From NCBI GenBank assembly GCA_018335585.1, contig JAGXRZ010000053.1, positions 25,189 to 89,188 of the forward strand: 64,000 nucleotides of DNA, read 5' to 3'. The notes below the pieces were generated by a model. It saw only the letters and a program-made list of their open reading frames with translations. It was not told the origin of the DNA and ran no database searches. How positions within the stretch are numbered: the stretch's first letter is position 1; each line of letters starts with the position of its first letter. The translations under genes were made by a program, and so were the position numbers. Source of the DNA: Selenomonadales bacterium. Its GTDB lineage: Bacteria; Bacillota; UBA994. Shown here piece after piece: positions 9,567 through 20,231 of this stretch.

Positions 9567-10601
9567 GTGACGGCATTGCGCATTCTCTGCCCAGAAGAGC
9601 ATACGACCAAAGATAAATACATTGCCGAGGCGGCTGCCATTTTACGAAATGGCGGCCTAGTCGCATTTCCTACCGAAACGGTGTACGGGTTAGGCGCGCG
9701 GTTTGACTCCCCCGCCGCCATTGCGCGCCTCTTTGCCGCTAAGGGCAGGCCCCCCGATAACCCCCTGATTGCGCACATCTCGCACCCCAAACAACTTACC
9801 GAACTGGTTTCCCATATGACGCCTTTAGAGGAGCGCCTGATGCTCGCCTTTTGGCCCGGCCCGCTGACATTAGTGCTCCCCAAAACCCAAGCCGTACCCG
9901 CGCTCGCTACGGCAGGCCTTTCTACTATCGGCGTGCGTATGCCGGCCGACGACATTGCGTTAGCGCTAATTTCTGTAACCGGTGTGCCAATTGTAGCCCC
10001 GAGCGCAAATCTATCCGGTCTACCAAGCCCCACTACGGCCAGGCACGTAGCGCAGGATTTAGGCGACCGCATCGATGCCTTGCTAGACGGCGGCGAAACG
10101 CATCTAGGACTAGAATCCACGGTGGTGCAGGTGCGCGATGACGTCATTTATATCTTGCGTCCCGGCAGCATTACGCGCGAAATGTTAGCCGAGGAAACCG
10201 GTGCCGCGGTACAGGGTGCATGGGGAGAAAACGCTCAGGAAGCAGGCGCGCCGCTTGCCCCGGGCATGAAGTACAAGCACTACGCGCCGCGCGCCGCCGT
10301 GATTGTGTACGAAGGCGAGGCGGTTAAGCATATCGCTGCCGACGCAGAGCGCGAGGCGTCACCCCCCGCCGTAATTGCTTTTGCAGACACTTTGGCTGCC
10401 GTGCCGGAGCACGTCGCCCGTTTTACCCTAGGCGACCGCGGACAAGCAGACACAGCCGCAAAAAGGCTTTACGCTTACCTCAGAGAAATAGACGATTTGG
10501 GCCTTACCCGTGTGCTAGTCGAGGCGGTGCCCCCGCGCGGACTCGGTGAAGCGGTTATGAACCGCCTGCACAAAGCTGCGACACGTATCAAAGGGAGGTA
10601 G
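9567..10601 (+). CDS. tsaC: L-threonylcarbamoyladenylate synthase (YrdC + Sua5 domains)
   Basis: GGLVAFPTETVYGLGA motif; Sua5 C-terminal domain; first gene of the ywlC-ywlE-rpiB-glyA-upp synteny block. Confidence 0.85.
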   Translation: MTALRILCPEEHTTKDKYIAEAAAILRNGGLVAFPTETVYGLGARFDSPAAIARLFAAKGRPPDNPLIAHISHPKQLTELVSHMTPLEERLMLAFWPGPLTLVLPKTQAVPALATAGLSTIGVRMPADDIALALISVTGVPIVAPSANLSGLPSPTTARHVAQDLGDRIDALLDGGETHLGLESTVVQVRDDVIYILRPGSITREMLAEETGAAVQGAWGENAQEAGAPLAPGMKYKHYAPRAAVIVYEGEAVKHIAADAEREASPPAVIAFADTLAAVPEHVARFTLGDRGQADTAAKRLYAYLREIDDLGLTRVLVEAVPPRGLGEAVMNRLHKAATRIKGR

Positions 10602-10605
10602 ACAT

Positions 10606-11082
10606 GTGAAGGTCTTGTTTGTGTGCACCGGAAACACGTGCAGGAGTGCTATGGCCGAAGCCATCTTTAAGCGCTATGGCGGACACGAGGTGCGCTCGGC
10701 AGGCGTAGCGGCAGACGAGGGAGCAGAGGCCTCGCCGGGTGCGGTAGCTGCTCTTAAAATTAAGGGCTTTAGCTTAAGCACGCACCGCGCACAGCTGCTT
10801 AGCCAAGAGCTGGTGGAATGGGCAGACTTAATCCTGACCATGACGCGCAGGCACAAAGAAATTGTCACGGGCAAGTTCCCCGCCGTAAGCGCCAAGACGT
10901 TTACCCTAAAGGAGTTTGCGCGCGACGAGGCCACGCAAGCGGACGGCGAGCCAGACATTTACGATGTGCTAGACCCCTTCGGGCAAGACGAGGCCACCTA
11001 CAACGCCTGTGCGACAGAAATCGACAGCCTCGTCGTGCTGGTAGCAAGAAAACTCGGCCTGCCGTCGAATATGGTAGAATAA
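10606..11082 (+). CDS. ywlE: Low-molecular-weight protein arginine/tyrosine phosphatase (YwlE-like)
   Basis: VLFVCTGNTCRS P-loop (CX5R). Confidence 0.85.
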   Translation: MKVLFVCTGNTCRSAMAEAIFKRYGGHEVRSAGVAADEGAEASPGAVAALKIKGFSLSTHRAQLLSQELVEWADLILTMTRRHKEIVTGKFPAVSAKTFTLKEFARDEATQADGEPDIYDVLDPFGQDEATYNACATEIDSLVVLVARKLGLPSNMVE

Positions 11083-11136
11083 GAGCGGCGATCCGCCGGA
11101 GGCCCGAGCCGCCGGGCAGGGGGTAAGGAGGATACG

Positions 11137-11589
11137 ATGCAGATATCACTGGGCAGCGACCACGCCGGTCTAGCATTAAAGCAAGAGATAGCCATGTTTC
11201 TCACGCGCGTCGGTCACACCGTGCTCGACAGGGGCACAAGCACAGAGGCCTCTGTCGATTACCCGGATTTTGCGGCGCTCGTGTGTAACGACATACAGAG
11301 CGGCGCGGCCGAGCGGGGGATACTTATCTGCGGCACCGGCATAGGCATGAGCATTGCCGCGAACAAACACGCGCGTATTCGCGCCGCCCTCTGCCACGAC
11401 ACTTTTTCTGCCCGCGCCACGCGCGAACATAACGATGCGAATGTGCTCTGTTTAGGGCAGCGGGTTATCGGTCCCGGGCTGGCGTTAGACATTGTCGCCG
11501 TTTGGCTGGGAGCCGAGTTTGTCGGGGACAAGCACCTGCGGCGCCTAGAGAAGATTGCCCTGCTTGAGCAGGGTCAAAGCGAGCGCTAA
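11137..11589 (+). CDS. rpiB: Ribose-5-phosphate isomerase B
   Basis: [15 protein letters not shown]...[14 protein letters not shown]. Confidence 0.85.
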   Translation: MQISLGSDHAGLALKQEIAMFLTRVGHTVLDRGTSTEASVDYPDFAALVCNDIQSGAAERGILICGTGIGMSIAANKHARIRAALCHDTFSARATREHNDANVLCLGQRVIGPGLALDIVAVWLGAEFVGDKHLRRLEKIALLEQGQSER

Positions 11590-11630
11590 GAATCAATGTA
11601 CTAGGGGAAAAATGTAAAGGAGAGAGAAAC

Positions 11631-12869
11631 ATGAGTTTACGAGCTATCGACCCAGAAATCGCCGGTGTGTTAGAGCAAGAACTAGTACGCCAGCAAGACC
11701 ATCTGGAGCTTATCGCCTCGGAGAACTTCGTAAGTAAAGCGGTTCTTGAAGCCATGGGCTCGGTGCTGACCAACAAGTATGCCGAAGGTTATCCCGGCAA
11801 GCGCTACTACGGTGGCTGCCACGTCGTCGACCGCGCGGAAGACCTAGCGCGCGACCGCGCCTGCAAGCTCTTTGGGGCGGAGCACGCCAATGTGCAGCCG
11901 CACTCAGGCGCACAGGCCAACATGGCTGTGTACTTTGCCTGCCTTTCCCCCGGCGACACGGTGCTCGGCATGAACCTATCCCACGGCGGGCACCTCACCC
12001 ACGGCAGCCCCGTAAACTTCTCCGGTCTCCTCTATAAGTTTATTCCCTACGGCGTCGGCACGGACGGTTTTATCGACTACGCAGAAGTAGAGCAGCTCGC
12101 GCTCGCTCACCGCCCCAAGCTCCTCGTAGCCGGTGCTAGCGCTTACCCGCGCGTAATCGACTTTAAGCGCCTGCGCGAGATTGCCGATGCCTGTGGCGCG
12201 CTCTTTATGGTAGATATGGCTCATGTCGCCGGTCTCGTCGCCACCGGGCACCATCCGAGCCCCGTGCCGTTTGCGCACTTTGTGACTACCACAACGCATA
12301 AGACACTGCGCGGGCCGCGCGGCGGCATGATTCTGTGCACCGCCGAATGGGCTAAGGCTATCGACAAAGCCGTCTTCCCCGGCATGCAAGGCGGACCGCT
12401 AATGCACATTATTGCGGCTAAGGCCGTGTCTTTCCTAGAAGCGCTGCAGCCCGAGTTCCATGGCTACCAAGACCAAGTAGTTAAGAATGCCGCCGCGCTG
12501 GCCGCTGCACTTAAGCAGCGCGGGTTCACCTTAGTTTCCGACGGGACGGACAACCACCTGCTCTTAGTAGACCTGCGCAGCAAAGGCCTAACCGGCAAAA
12601 AAGCCGAGAAAGTACTCGATACCGTTGGCATTACCGTCAACAAGAATACCATCCCCTTTGACCCCGAAGGTCCCTTTACTACGAGCGGCATCCGCATCGG
12701 CACGCCAGCCATGACTACGCGTGGCATGAAGGAAGCGGCCATGGTGACTATTGCCGACTTAATTGCGGATGTACTCGAGAACCCAGGTGACGACGCCGTG
12801 CTTGCGCGCGTGCGCGCCGGAGTGGCTGCGCTTTGCGGTCAATTTCCGCTGTATAAGAGCGCCGAATAG
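11631..12869 (+). CDS. glyA: Serine hydroxymethyltransferase
   Basis: Full-length 412-aa SHMT; PLP lysine motif [14 protein letters not shown]. Confidence 0.95.
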   Translation: MSLRAIDPEIAGVLEQELVRQQDHLELIASENFVSKAVLEAMGSVLTNKYAEGYPGKRYYGGCHVVDRAEDLARDRACKLFGAEHANVQPHSGAQANMAVYFACLSPGDTVLGMNLSHGGHLTHGSPVNFSGLLYKFIPYGVGTDGFIDYAEVEQLALAHRPKLLVAGASAYPRVIDFKRLREIADACGALFMVDMAHVAGLVATGHHPSPVPFAHFVTTTTHKTLRGPRGGMILCTAEWAKAIDKAVFPGMQGGPLMHIIAAKAVSFLEALQPEFHGYQDQVVKNAAALAAALKQRGFTLVSDGTDNHLLLVDLRSKGLTGKKAEKVLDTVGITVNKNTIPFDPEGPFTTSGIRIGTPAMTTRGMKEAAMVTIADLIADVLENPGDDAVLARVRAGVAALCGQFPLYKSAE

Positions 12870-12880
12870 GAGGAGTCCGC

Positions 12881-13510
12881 TTGAACCGCGTGCACCTAGT
12901 GGCGCATCCCATGATTCAGCATAAGCTGACCTTCATCCGCGACAAGAATACTGGCTCCAAGGAGTTTCGCGACTTGGTGGAGGAAGTGGCCATGTTTCTC
13001 GCGTACGAGGTGACGCGCAATCTCCCCCTCGCCGAGTGCGAAGTAGAAACGCCTGTGGCCAAGACTAAATCTAAAGTTATCGCGGGCAAAAAACTCGGCA
13101 TTATCCCCATCCTGCGCGCCGGCCTCGGCATGGTCAGCGGCATCCTGCGCCTTATTCCGGCGGCTAAAGTAGGGCATATCGGCATCTACCGCGACCCGGA
13201 AACGCTGCAACCGGTAGAGTATTACGTCAAGCTGCCAAGCGACGTAGCGGAGCGCGAGTTAATCGTGGTGGACCCGATGCTCGCGACAGGCGGTTCGGCC
13301 GTAGCCGCGATTAACTTTCTCAAGCAGCGGGGCGCGCAGTCCATAAAACTCATGTGCCTTATTGCGGCACCCGAGGGCATCGAGAAGGTTCACTGCCACC
13401 ACCCCGAGGTCGACATTTTTACCGCCGCCATTGACTCGCACCTTAACGAACACGCCTATATCGTGCCGGGTCTCGGAGACGCGGGCGACCGGCTCTTTGG
13501 CACTAAATGA
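12881..13510 (+). CDS. upp: Uracil phosphoribosyltransferase
   Basis: [28 protein letters not shown]; PRPP-binding site [11 protein letters not shown]. Confidence 0.9.
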   Translation: MNRVHLVAHPMIQHKLTFIRDKNTGSKEFRDLVEEVAMFLAYEVTRNLPLAECEVETPVAKTKSKVIAGKKLGIIPILRAGLGMVSGILRLIPAAKVGHIGIYRDPETLQPVEYYVKLPSDVAERELIVVDPMLATGGSAVAAINFLKQRGAQSIKLMCLIAAPEGIEKVHCHHPEVDIFTAAIDSHLNEHAYIVPGLGDAGDRLFGTK

Positions 13511-13947
13511 CGCGGCCTAGCTGGGACGAATACTTTATGGCCATCACCCGCACGGTGGCCGAGCGCAGCACCTGTCTGCGCCGCCGCGTAGGTGCCGTGG
13601 TTATCCTGGATAAACGCATCCTCACTACCGGCTATAACGGCGCGCCGACGGGGCTTTCGCACTGTCTGGACATCGGCTGCCTGCGCGAGCAACAGGGCGT
13701 GCCGTCAGGGGAGCGACACGAGCTCTGCCGCGGACTGCACGCCGAACAAAACGCCATCATTCAGGCCGCCCTCTCCGGTGTGTCCATCAGGGGCGGGACT
13801 ATCTACACCACGCATTTCCCGTGCGTCCTCTGCGCCAAGATGCTCATTAACGCGGGCATCAAGCGCGTGGTGTACGCCGACGGTTATCCCGACCTGCTTA
13901 GCCGAGAACTTCTCACAGAAGCGGGCTTGCTGGTCGAGAGTATTTAG
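13507..13947 (+). CDS. dCMP/cytidine deaminase-family protein (ComEB-like)
   Basis: Zinc motifs HAEQNAI ... [17 protein letters not shown]. Confidence 0.8.
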   Translation: MTRPSWDEYFMAITRTVAERSTCLRRRVGAVVILDKRILTTGYNGAPTGLSHCLDIGCLREQQGVPSGERHELCRGLHAEQNAIIQAALSGVSIRGGTIYTTHFPCVLCAKMLINAGIKRVVYADGYPDLLSRELLTEAGLLVESI

Positions 13948-13963
13948 CGAAGGGCGGCAGGTC

Positions 13964-15142
13964 ATGGCCATCAAAGTCTTTACCGTGTTTGGGGTACGGC
14001 CGGAGGCCGTGAAAATGGCCCCGGTCATTAGCGAGCTCGGGCGCTATCCTGAGTTTAGCGTTTCCGTGTGCGTCACCGGACAGCACCGCGCCATGCTAGA
14101 CCAGGTACTGCGCCTGTTTAGTATCGAGCCAAAATACGACCTAAACATTATGCGTGAGAGACAGACATTGCCCGAAACGTTTGCGCGGGCGCTTACCGGG
14201 CTTGACGAAATCTTTCGCGCCGACCGCCCGGACATTGTGCTAGTCCACGGCGATACGTCTACAACGCTCGCCGGCAGCCTGGCCGCTTTCTACAACCAAG
14301 TGCCGGTCGGGCACGTCGAAGCTGGGTTGCGTACGCACGAGAAGTACTTGCCTTTCCCCGAGGAAATAAACCGTAAGCTCACGGGCAGCCTAGCCGACCT
14401 GCACTTTGCTCCTACGCCGACGGCGAAGGGCAATCTGTTGCGCGAAGGCGTGCGAGAAGAGAGCATTTTCATTACCGGCAACACCGTCATCGACGCGCTA
14501 GCTACAACCGTGCGGCCGGATTACGAGTACCACGACGCCGCCTTGCGACAGGCGCTCGCCAAGACTACGGGACGATTGCTCTTAGTAGAAGTGCACCGGC
14601 GCGAGAACTGGGGCGAGCCGATGCAGGCCATGTGTTTGGCTTTGCTCGATGTGCTCGCGGCCTTCCCGGACTGCCGCATGATTTTTCCGGTTCACCTTAA
14701 CCCTGTGGTAAGGGAAGTGGTAATGCCTCATCTGGCGGGGCATCCGCAAATCACCCTGCTTGACCCGCTCGATACCGACGACTTCCACAACTTGATGGCG
14801 CGTTCTTACCTTATACTTACCGACTCAGGCGGACTGCAGGAAGAAGCCCCGGCGCTAGGCGTGCCGGTCTTGGTGATGCGCACCAGTACCGAGCGCCCCG
14901 AAGCCGTAGAGGCAGGCACCGTGCGCATCGTGGGGACGTCGCGCGCCGGGATTGTGGCGCATGCGAGCGAGTTGCTGGAAAGCAAAGCCGCCTACCAGTC
15001 CATGAGCACGGCGATTAACCCCTACGGCGACGGCCGCGCCGCAGGCCGCATTGCTCAAGCGTTGCTGCATTTCTTTGGCCGCACGCCGGAACGGCCAGCG
15101 GAGTGGAGAGGTGCCCAGTGCTCAGTGCCCAGTGCCCAGTAG
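13964..15142 (+). CDS. wecB: UDP-N-acetylglucosamine 2-epimerase (non-hydrolysing); the last ~10 codons come from the heptad repeat array
   Basis: MAIKVFTVFGVRPEAVKMAPVI at ATG 13964, in frame with ORF-track entry 13592..15142 (the upstream part of that entry overlaps the deaminase and is spurious). The C-terminus ...GAQCSVPSAQ* is encoded by the GTGCCCA repeats. Confidence 0.85.
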   Translation: MAIKVFTVFGVRPEAVKMAPVISELGRYPEFSVSVCVTGQHRAMLDQVLRLFSIEPKYDLNIMRERQTLPETFARALTGLDEIFRADRPDIVLVHGDTSTTLAGSLAAFYNQVPVGHVEAGLRTHEKYLPFPEEINRKLTGSLADLHFAPTPTAKGNLLREGVREESIFITGNTVIDALATTVRPDYEYHDAALRQALAKTTGRLLLVEVHRRENWGEPMQAMCLALLDVLAAFPDCRMIFPVHLNPVVREVVMPHLAGHPQITLLDPLDTDDFHNLMARSYLILTDSGGLQEEAPALGVPVLVMRTSTERPEAVEAGTVRIVGTSRAGIVAHASELLESKAAYQSMSTAINPYGDGRAAGRIAQALLHFFGRTPERPAEWRGAQCSVPSAQ

Positions 15143-15327
15143 TGGTAGCTGGCTCCTAGCTCCTGGCTCCTGGTAGAAAGACCCGCACTCCCCAGTTCAT
15201 GATTCACGATTCACGATTCATGATTTCTAACGCCTCAAGCCTAACGCCTCACCCTCTCAAAGCTCAAAGCTCAAAGCTCACAGCTCACAGCTCAAAGCTG
15301 GCGGCTGGCGCCTGGCGGCCGGCGGCC
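15111..15327. repeat. Composite heptanucleotide tandem-repeat array (locus C): (GTGCCCA)x4, (TGGCTCC)x3, (TTCAYGA)x4, (CTAACGCCTCA)x2, (CTCAAAG/CTCACAG)x6, (CTGGCGG)x4
   Basis: Direct reading of 15111-15327. Every block is built from 7-bp units. The module order is near-identical to locus E. Confidence 0.9.
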
Positions 15328-15338
15328 TACTCCCCCTG

Positions 15339-15367
15339 TTGCCTGCCACGGACAAAATGTGTAGTAT
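15339..15367 (+). promoter_or_regulatory. Candidate sigma-A promoter of the V-type ATPase operon (TTGCCT-17-TAGTAT)
   Basis: -35 TTGCCT at 15339, 17-bp spacer, -10 TAGTAT with TGtG upstream; about 55 bp before the first ATPase gene. Confidence 0.4.
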
Positions 15368-15421
15368 AGTGTGGGCGATAGTACCGAATTATTAATCCGT
15401 TCCCGAAGGAAGGTGATGACG

Positions 15422-15745
15422 ATGCAGGATGTTTTGCAGAAGATCAAACACGCCGAAACACAGGCCGAGCAGATGGTGCAGGCAGCTAAGGCGGAAGCCG
15501 CCAAACGCTTAGAAAAAGCCGAAGTTGAATACGAAGCGATAGTTAAGCGAGCGGTGAGTCAAGCTAAGCACAAAGCCGAGACAATAATCGAGCAGGGGAT
15601 GGCCGGCGCCGCAGCTAGCGCAGAGGAGATAGTGCTGCAGTCTGACGCCGAGTGCGCTGCCTTGCGCCAGCGAGCAAGCTCGCGACTAAACGCAGCGGTA
15701 AAGCTGATACGAGAGAGGATAATGACGCGCGATGGCCGTAGCTAA
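15422..15745 (+). CDS. V/A-type ATPase small coiled-coil stator subunit (G/H-like)
   Basis: Short Ala/Glu/Lys-rich coiled-coil protein opening the operon. SD GAAGGAAGGTG before ATG at 15416/15422 (start ambiguous by 2 codons). The ORF-track entry starts at 15371. Confidence 0.6.
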   Translation: MQDVLQKIKHAETQAEQMVQAAKAEAAKRLEKAEVEYEAIVKRAVSQAKHKAETIIEQGMAGAAASAEEIVLQSDAECAALRQRASSRLNAAVKLIRERIMTRDGRS

Positions 15746-17705
15746 AATGAAAAAAGTGCATATCGTCGCCCACTTGTCCCGCAAAACGGAGCTTGTGGCG
15801 GCGCTGCAGGAGTGGGCCGTACTGCAGGTAGCTGTCGCCGAACAAAAAGAACGTCATCACAACGTGCAAGCCGGCGCGAGCGCAGTTTCCGCCAGTGAAG
15901 CTGAGGCCCTGCAAGCAGAAATAGGCCGTGCTCTAGTCTACCTGAAGCGGTTTGACAGCTACAAAGAAGGTTTAATCGATAGCTTTATGGGTCTTAAGGC
16001 TGGCGTTTCGCCGGAGTTAGACGCACAGATTCGCGCTAGTTTCGACGCACGCACCGTAGCACAAGCAACGCGCGAGTACGACAAGCGCCTCACCGAGATT
16101 GCCTCCGAGCGGCGGCAGCTGCAAGCCGAACAGAGCGCGCTTTTGGCGTGGTCTAGTCTTAAAGTAAGGCTTAAGGCCGAGCTTAGCGGCACGGTAAACA
16201 TGGTGTTTGGCACCGTGCTACAGAAGGACATGCCGGCGTTTCTTGCGCGCTTGGATGTTGAGTGTGCAGGGCTGTACCACGTCGAGCAAGTGCAGTCTGC
16301 CGGCAATAAGCTAAACCTAGCTATTGTATACCATCGCTCTGTGTCGCCCGCCGTTATTAAGGAAGCTATCTTTACGCCTGCCGCTATCAGCACGGGGGAA
16401 GAGACACCGGCGGAAGCGCTGCTAGACGTACAGACTAAGCTACAAGCACTTCTGGCCGAGGCCGCAGCCATTGCGGCGGCGAGCGTGCGCCTAGTGGACG
16501 AGAAGCTAAAGCTTCAAGTAATGTACGACTACTATGGGTCGCTAATGCAGCGTGAGCGGGCACAGGCAGCCACGCAGGACACGCGGCAGACTTTTTGGCT
16601 CGAAGGCTGGACTGACGTCGACTCCGAGGCGCGCCTGACCGCAGAGCTAGCAGAGCGTTTTCCCGATGTCTACGTGCGCTTTGAGGAAGCACCTCCCGGC
16701 GAAACGCCGCCTATTAAACTTAAGAACGCGAAGTTGGCTAAGCCCTTTGAGATGGTCACAAACATGTATGGGTGGCCGATGTATACCGAAGTCGACCCGA
16801 CGTTCGCCTTAGCTCCGTTCTTTGGCTTCTTTTTCGCCTTAGCTTTAGGCGATGCGGGATACGGACTGTTAATCCTCGCGGCATGCTGGTGGTTTGTTAA
16901 GAAGTACAAGCTAGACTTAGGTTCAAGCAAGTTCTTTAGCCTCTTCATGCTTGCAGGGCTGATTGCGGTGCCGGTAGGTCTTGCTGTCAACGGGTTTTTT
17001 GGCGACCTCTTAAACTATGTGCCCATTCCAATGATCCAAGATATCAGGCAAAGCTTAGTCTTGATTGACCCGATTTCTAACCCCATGGGACTGATGGCTT
17101 TCTCCGTCGCTCTAGGGGTAATCCACATCTTGCTTGGCATAGGCCTAAAAGCCTATATGAGTTGGCGCAGTGGAGATACAAGGGGAGCGGTGTTAGACCA
17201 AGGATCATGGCTGTTTTTGCTGCTCTCGCTGGTCTTGCTAGCTTTGACGAGCGTTTTACCGGGGTTAGGCGGCATGGTTGGCCTAGCTCAGAGCGCTTCG
17301 TTGCTTGGCGCAGTTATAGTAGTGGCTACCCAAGGAAGAGGAGCAAAGGGTATTTTAGGTAAGCTTGGCCTAGGTCTGTATTCGCTGTATGGCGGAGTAG
17401 GTTACTTCAGCGACGCGTTGTCCTACACCCGTTTGATGGCTTTGGGGATGTCGAGTGCCGTCATCGCTATGGTTATAAACACCATCGCCATGATGTTGGT
17501 GCCTATACCTGTGGTGGGTTGGCTGGGGGCATTGCTCTTGTTGGTGGTGGGGCATCTGTTCAACTTGTTGCTTTCTGGTTTGGGCTGTTTTGTCCACTCG
17601 GCACGTCTCCAGTTCGTTGAGTTCTTCACCAAGTTCTTTGAAGGTGGGGGCGTGCCTTTTAAGCCTTTCCAGCGCGAGTCGAAGTTCACCGTCATTAGGG
17701 GCTAG
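15732..17705 (+). CDS. ntpI: V/A-type ATPase subunit I (a-subunit, membrane stator)
   Basis: 657 aa: long hydrophilic N-terminal domain followed by multi-TM C-terminal domain; MAVAKMKKV start. Confidence 0.85.
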   Translation: MAVAKMKKVHIVAHLSRKTELVAALQEWAVLQVAVAEQKERHHNVQAGASAVSASEAEALQAEIGRALVYLKRFDSYKEGLIDSFMGLKAGVSPELDAQIRASFDARTVAQATREYDKRLTEIASERRQLQAEQSALLAWSSLKVRLKAELSGTVNMVFGTVLQKDMPAFLARLDVECAGLYHVEQVQSAGNKLNLAIVYHRSVSPAVIKEAIFTPAAISTGEETPAEALLDVQTKLQALLAEAAAIAAASVRLVDEKLKLQVMYDYYGSLMQRERAQAATQDTRQTFWLEGWTDVDSEARLTAELAERFPDVYVRFEEAPPGETPPIKLKNAKLAKPFEMVTNMYGWPMYTEVDPTFALAPFFGFFFALALGDAGYGLLILAACWWFVKKYKLDLGSSKFFSLFMLAGLIAVPVGLAVNGFFGDLLNYVPIPMIQDIRQSLVLIDPISNPMGLMAFSVALGVIHILLGIGLKAYMSWRSGDTRGAVLDQGSWLFLLLSLVLLALTSVLPGLGGMVGLAQSASLLGAVIVVATQGRGAKGILGKLGLGLYSLYGGVGYFSDALSYTRLMALGMSSAVIAMVINTIAMMLVPIPVVGWLGALLLLVVGHLFNLLLSGLGCFVHSARLQFVEFFTKFFEGGGVPFKPFQRESKFTVIRG

Positions 17706-17740
17706 TGCCTATAATAAGGCTCAATATACAATGAAAGTAA

Positions 17741-18232
<492 letters not shown>

Positions 18233-18259
18233 AGAGCGGCTCGATAAGGAGTTGATCGT

Positions 18260-18856
18260 GTGTCTATAGAGAATATCGTCGCTAAGATTCTCGGCGATGC
18301 CGAAAGGCAAGTTCAAGCCATCCACGCCGCCGGCTATGCCGGCGAAGAAGCCAAGCTAGCCGAGGCCAAGCAGGTGGCTGCCGCACAGGCCGAGGGCCTT
18401 GTCACCGGGGCCGAGGCGCGCGTGGCCGAAGAAGGAGCGCGTTTGCTTACAGCGGCGAGACTTGAGGCCAGAAAAAAGCTGCTTGCGGTTAAGCAGTCGG
18501 TTATGGAAGAAGCCTTTGTCGCGGCCCTAGCGGAGCTCCGCGCCTTGCCGGTAGAGGAGCAGAGGAAGCTAATTAGCGCGATGCTGCTTGACGCCGCAGA
18601 GACCGGCGCAGAGCAGGTAGTGTGCGCCAAGGAAGACAGCCAGATTTTCACGCCCGCCTTTATCGCCGAAGTTAACGAGTCTTTGGCCGCGCAAGGCAAA
18701 CGGGGCGAGTTGACGTTAGCCAAAGAGCACCGCTCAACCGGGGGAGGGTTCTACCTCCTAGGCGAGAACCTCGAAATTAACGTTACCTTCCCGACTCTGC
18801 AGAAGTCTGTGCGGGAGCAGCTCGAACCGGAAGTAGCAGCGGTGCTGTTTAGTTAG
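18260..18856 (+). CDS. ntpE: V/A-type ATPase subunit E
   Basis: 198 aa; Ala/Glu-rich N-terminal coiled coil and globular C-terminus; position between K and C. Confidence 0.75.
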   Translation: MSIENIVAKILGDAERQVQAIHAAGYAGEEAKLAEAKQVAAAQAEGLVTGAEARVAEEGARLLTAARLEARKKLLAVKQSVMEEAFVAALAELRALPVEEQRKLISAMLLDAAETGAEQVVCAKEDSQIFTPAFIAEVNESLAAQGKRGELTLAKEHRSTGGGFYLLGENLEINVTFPTLQKSVREQLEPEVAAVLFS

Positions 18857-18892
18857 TGTCCACACTAACGCGCCCGTGAAGGAGTGAAGACT

Positions 18893-19903
18893 ATGTCCAT
18901 TTCACATGACTCTCGCTACGCCTATGCTGTCGGCCGCATTAGAGTCCTAGAGACCCGACTGCTCGATATGGCAAAACTAAGCCGCATGATCGAGGCCAAA
19001 AATGCCGACGAGGCCATGCGCATTTTGGGCGAGACCGAATACGCCGACTTAGTGTCGCGCGCAGCCGGTCCGCACGACTATGCGCAGGTTACGGCCGGGG
19101 AAATCACGCGCGTCTACAGCTTAATGAAAAAGCTCCTGCCGGATGAGCCACTGGTAGACCTCTTCTTAATCAAGTACGACATCCATAACATGAAGGTGGC
19201 GTTAAAGGCTCATTTCCAAGGGAAGAGCTTCGATCACCTCTTGATTGACGCGGGGCTGGTTCCGGCTAAGCTCATGACTTATGTCTGCCAACAGGAGAAG
19301 TTTCCCGGTGTGCCCGAGGAGTATTACGGGTTTGCCGCCGCTGCGGCGCGTGCCTACGAGGACAGCAAAGACCCCAAGGTTATAGACGTCGTGCTTGACC
19401 GTTTGCAGTATTCTCACACGATAGCGTTTGCCGAGCAACATGGCTACGCCTTTCTGGCGCGGTTGCTCGCGAGCCAGGCGGACCTTGCTAATATGAAGAG
19501 CCTCGTGCGGACAAAACGCTTAGGGCGTGGGCGAGATTTCCTCGCCGAAAACCTCCTCGCGGGGGGAACGATGCCGCAAGCCGCGTTTCTGGAAGCCGTG
19601 ACAGAGGACTATCCCGCCATTGTCGGGCGCTTTAGTGGTTCGCCCTATCGAGCGGTAGTCGAGCAGGGCATAGGCGCTCTCCTTGAGGGGCGCGGTCTGA
19701 CGACGCTAGAGAAGCTAAGCGACGGTTTTCTGACGGAGCTATCCCGCAAAGCACGCTTTCAGGCTTTTGGCCCGGAGCCCATAATAAACTATATACTGGC
19801 TAAAGAGAACGAAGTAAGAAACATCCGCATCATTATGATTGGCAAGTTGAACGGTGTACCCAACGAGGAAATTCGCGAAAGGCTGCGTGAAGGGTATGCA
19901 TAA
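18893..19903 (+). CDS. ntpC: V/A-type ATPase subunit C (d-subunit)
   Basis: ~336 aa; SD GAAGGAG before ATG 18893; position between E and F. Confidence 0.75.
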   Translation: MSISHDSRYAYAVGRIRVLETRLLDMAKLSRMIEAKNADEAMRILGETEYADLVSRAAGPHDYAQVTAGEITRVYSLMKKLLPDEPLVDLFLIKYDIHNMKVALKAHFQGKSFDHLLIDAGLVPAKLMTYVCQQEKFPGVPEEYYGFAAAAARAYEDSKDPKVIDVVLDRLQYSHTIAFAEQHGYAFLARLLASQADLANMKSLVRTKRLGRGRDFLAENLLAGGTMPQAAFLEAVTEDYPAIVGRFSGSPYRAVVEQGIGALLEGRGLTTLEKLSDGFLTELSRKARFQAFGPEPIINYILAKENEVRNIRIIMIGKLNGVPNEEIRERLREGYA

Positions 19904-20231
19904 GATTGGCCTGATTGGCGACAGCGATACCATCCGCGGCTTTAGCGCGCTAGGCCTTGCTACCTTTGAAGTCATCGACCGCGCTCAAGCGGTGGCGGCA
20001 GTCGAAGGAGTCTTAAAAGGCGGCTTTGCGGTCGTGTTTGTTACGGAGCGCATATATCCTCAGGTGGAATACCTGATTCGCGCGGCCCGCGAGAGCACCT
20101 TGCCTATTTTCACCGTGATTCCCGACAATCAGGGTAGCACCGGACTAGGACAGCAACGTCTCCGCAAGATGGTGGAGAGGGCTATCGGAGTAGATATTCT
20201 TTTCAAGGAAGAGGGAAAGACGAATGGCTAA
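19896..20231 (+). CDS. V/A-type ATPase subunit F
   Basis: [21 protein letters not shown], ~111 aa; ATG overlaps the end of subunit C; immediately precedes the catalytic A subunit. Confidence 0.75.
   Translation: MHKIGLIGDSDTIRGFSALGLATFEVIDRAQAVAAVEGVLKGGFAVVFVTERIYPQVEYLIRAARESTLPIFTVIPDNQGSTGLGQQRLRKMVERAIGVDILFKEEGKTNG

Noticed and set aside
13592-15142. ORF-track 516-aa protein spanning the deaminase and wecB
   Set aside because: The N-terminal 124 codons overlap the dCMP deaminase gene in another frame and have no coding signal. ATG 13964 with MAIKVFTVFGV is the true WecB start.
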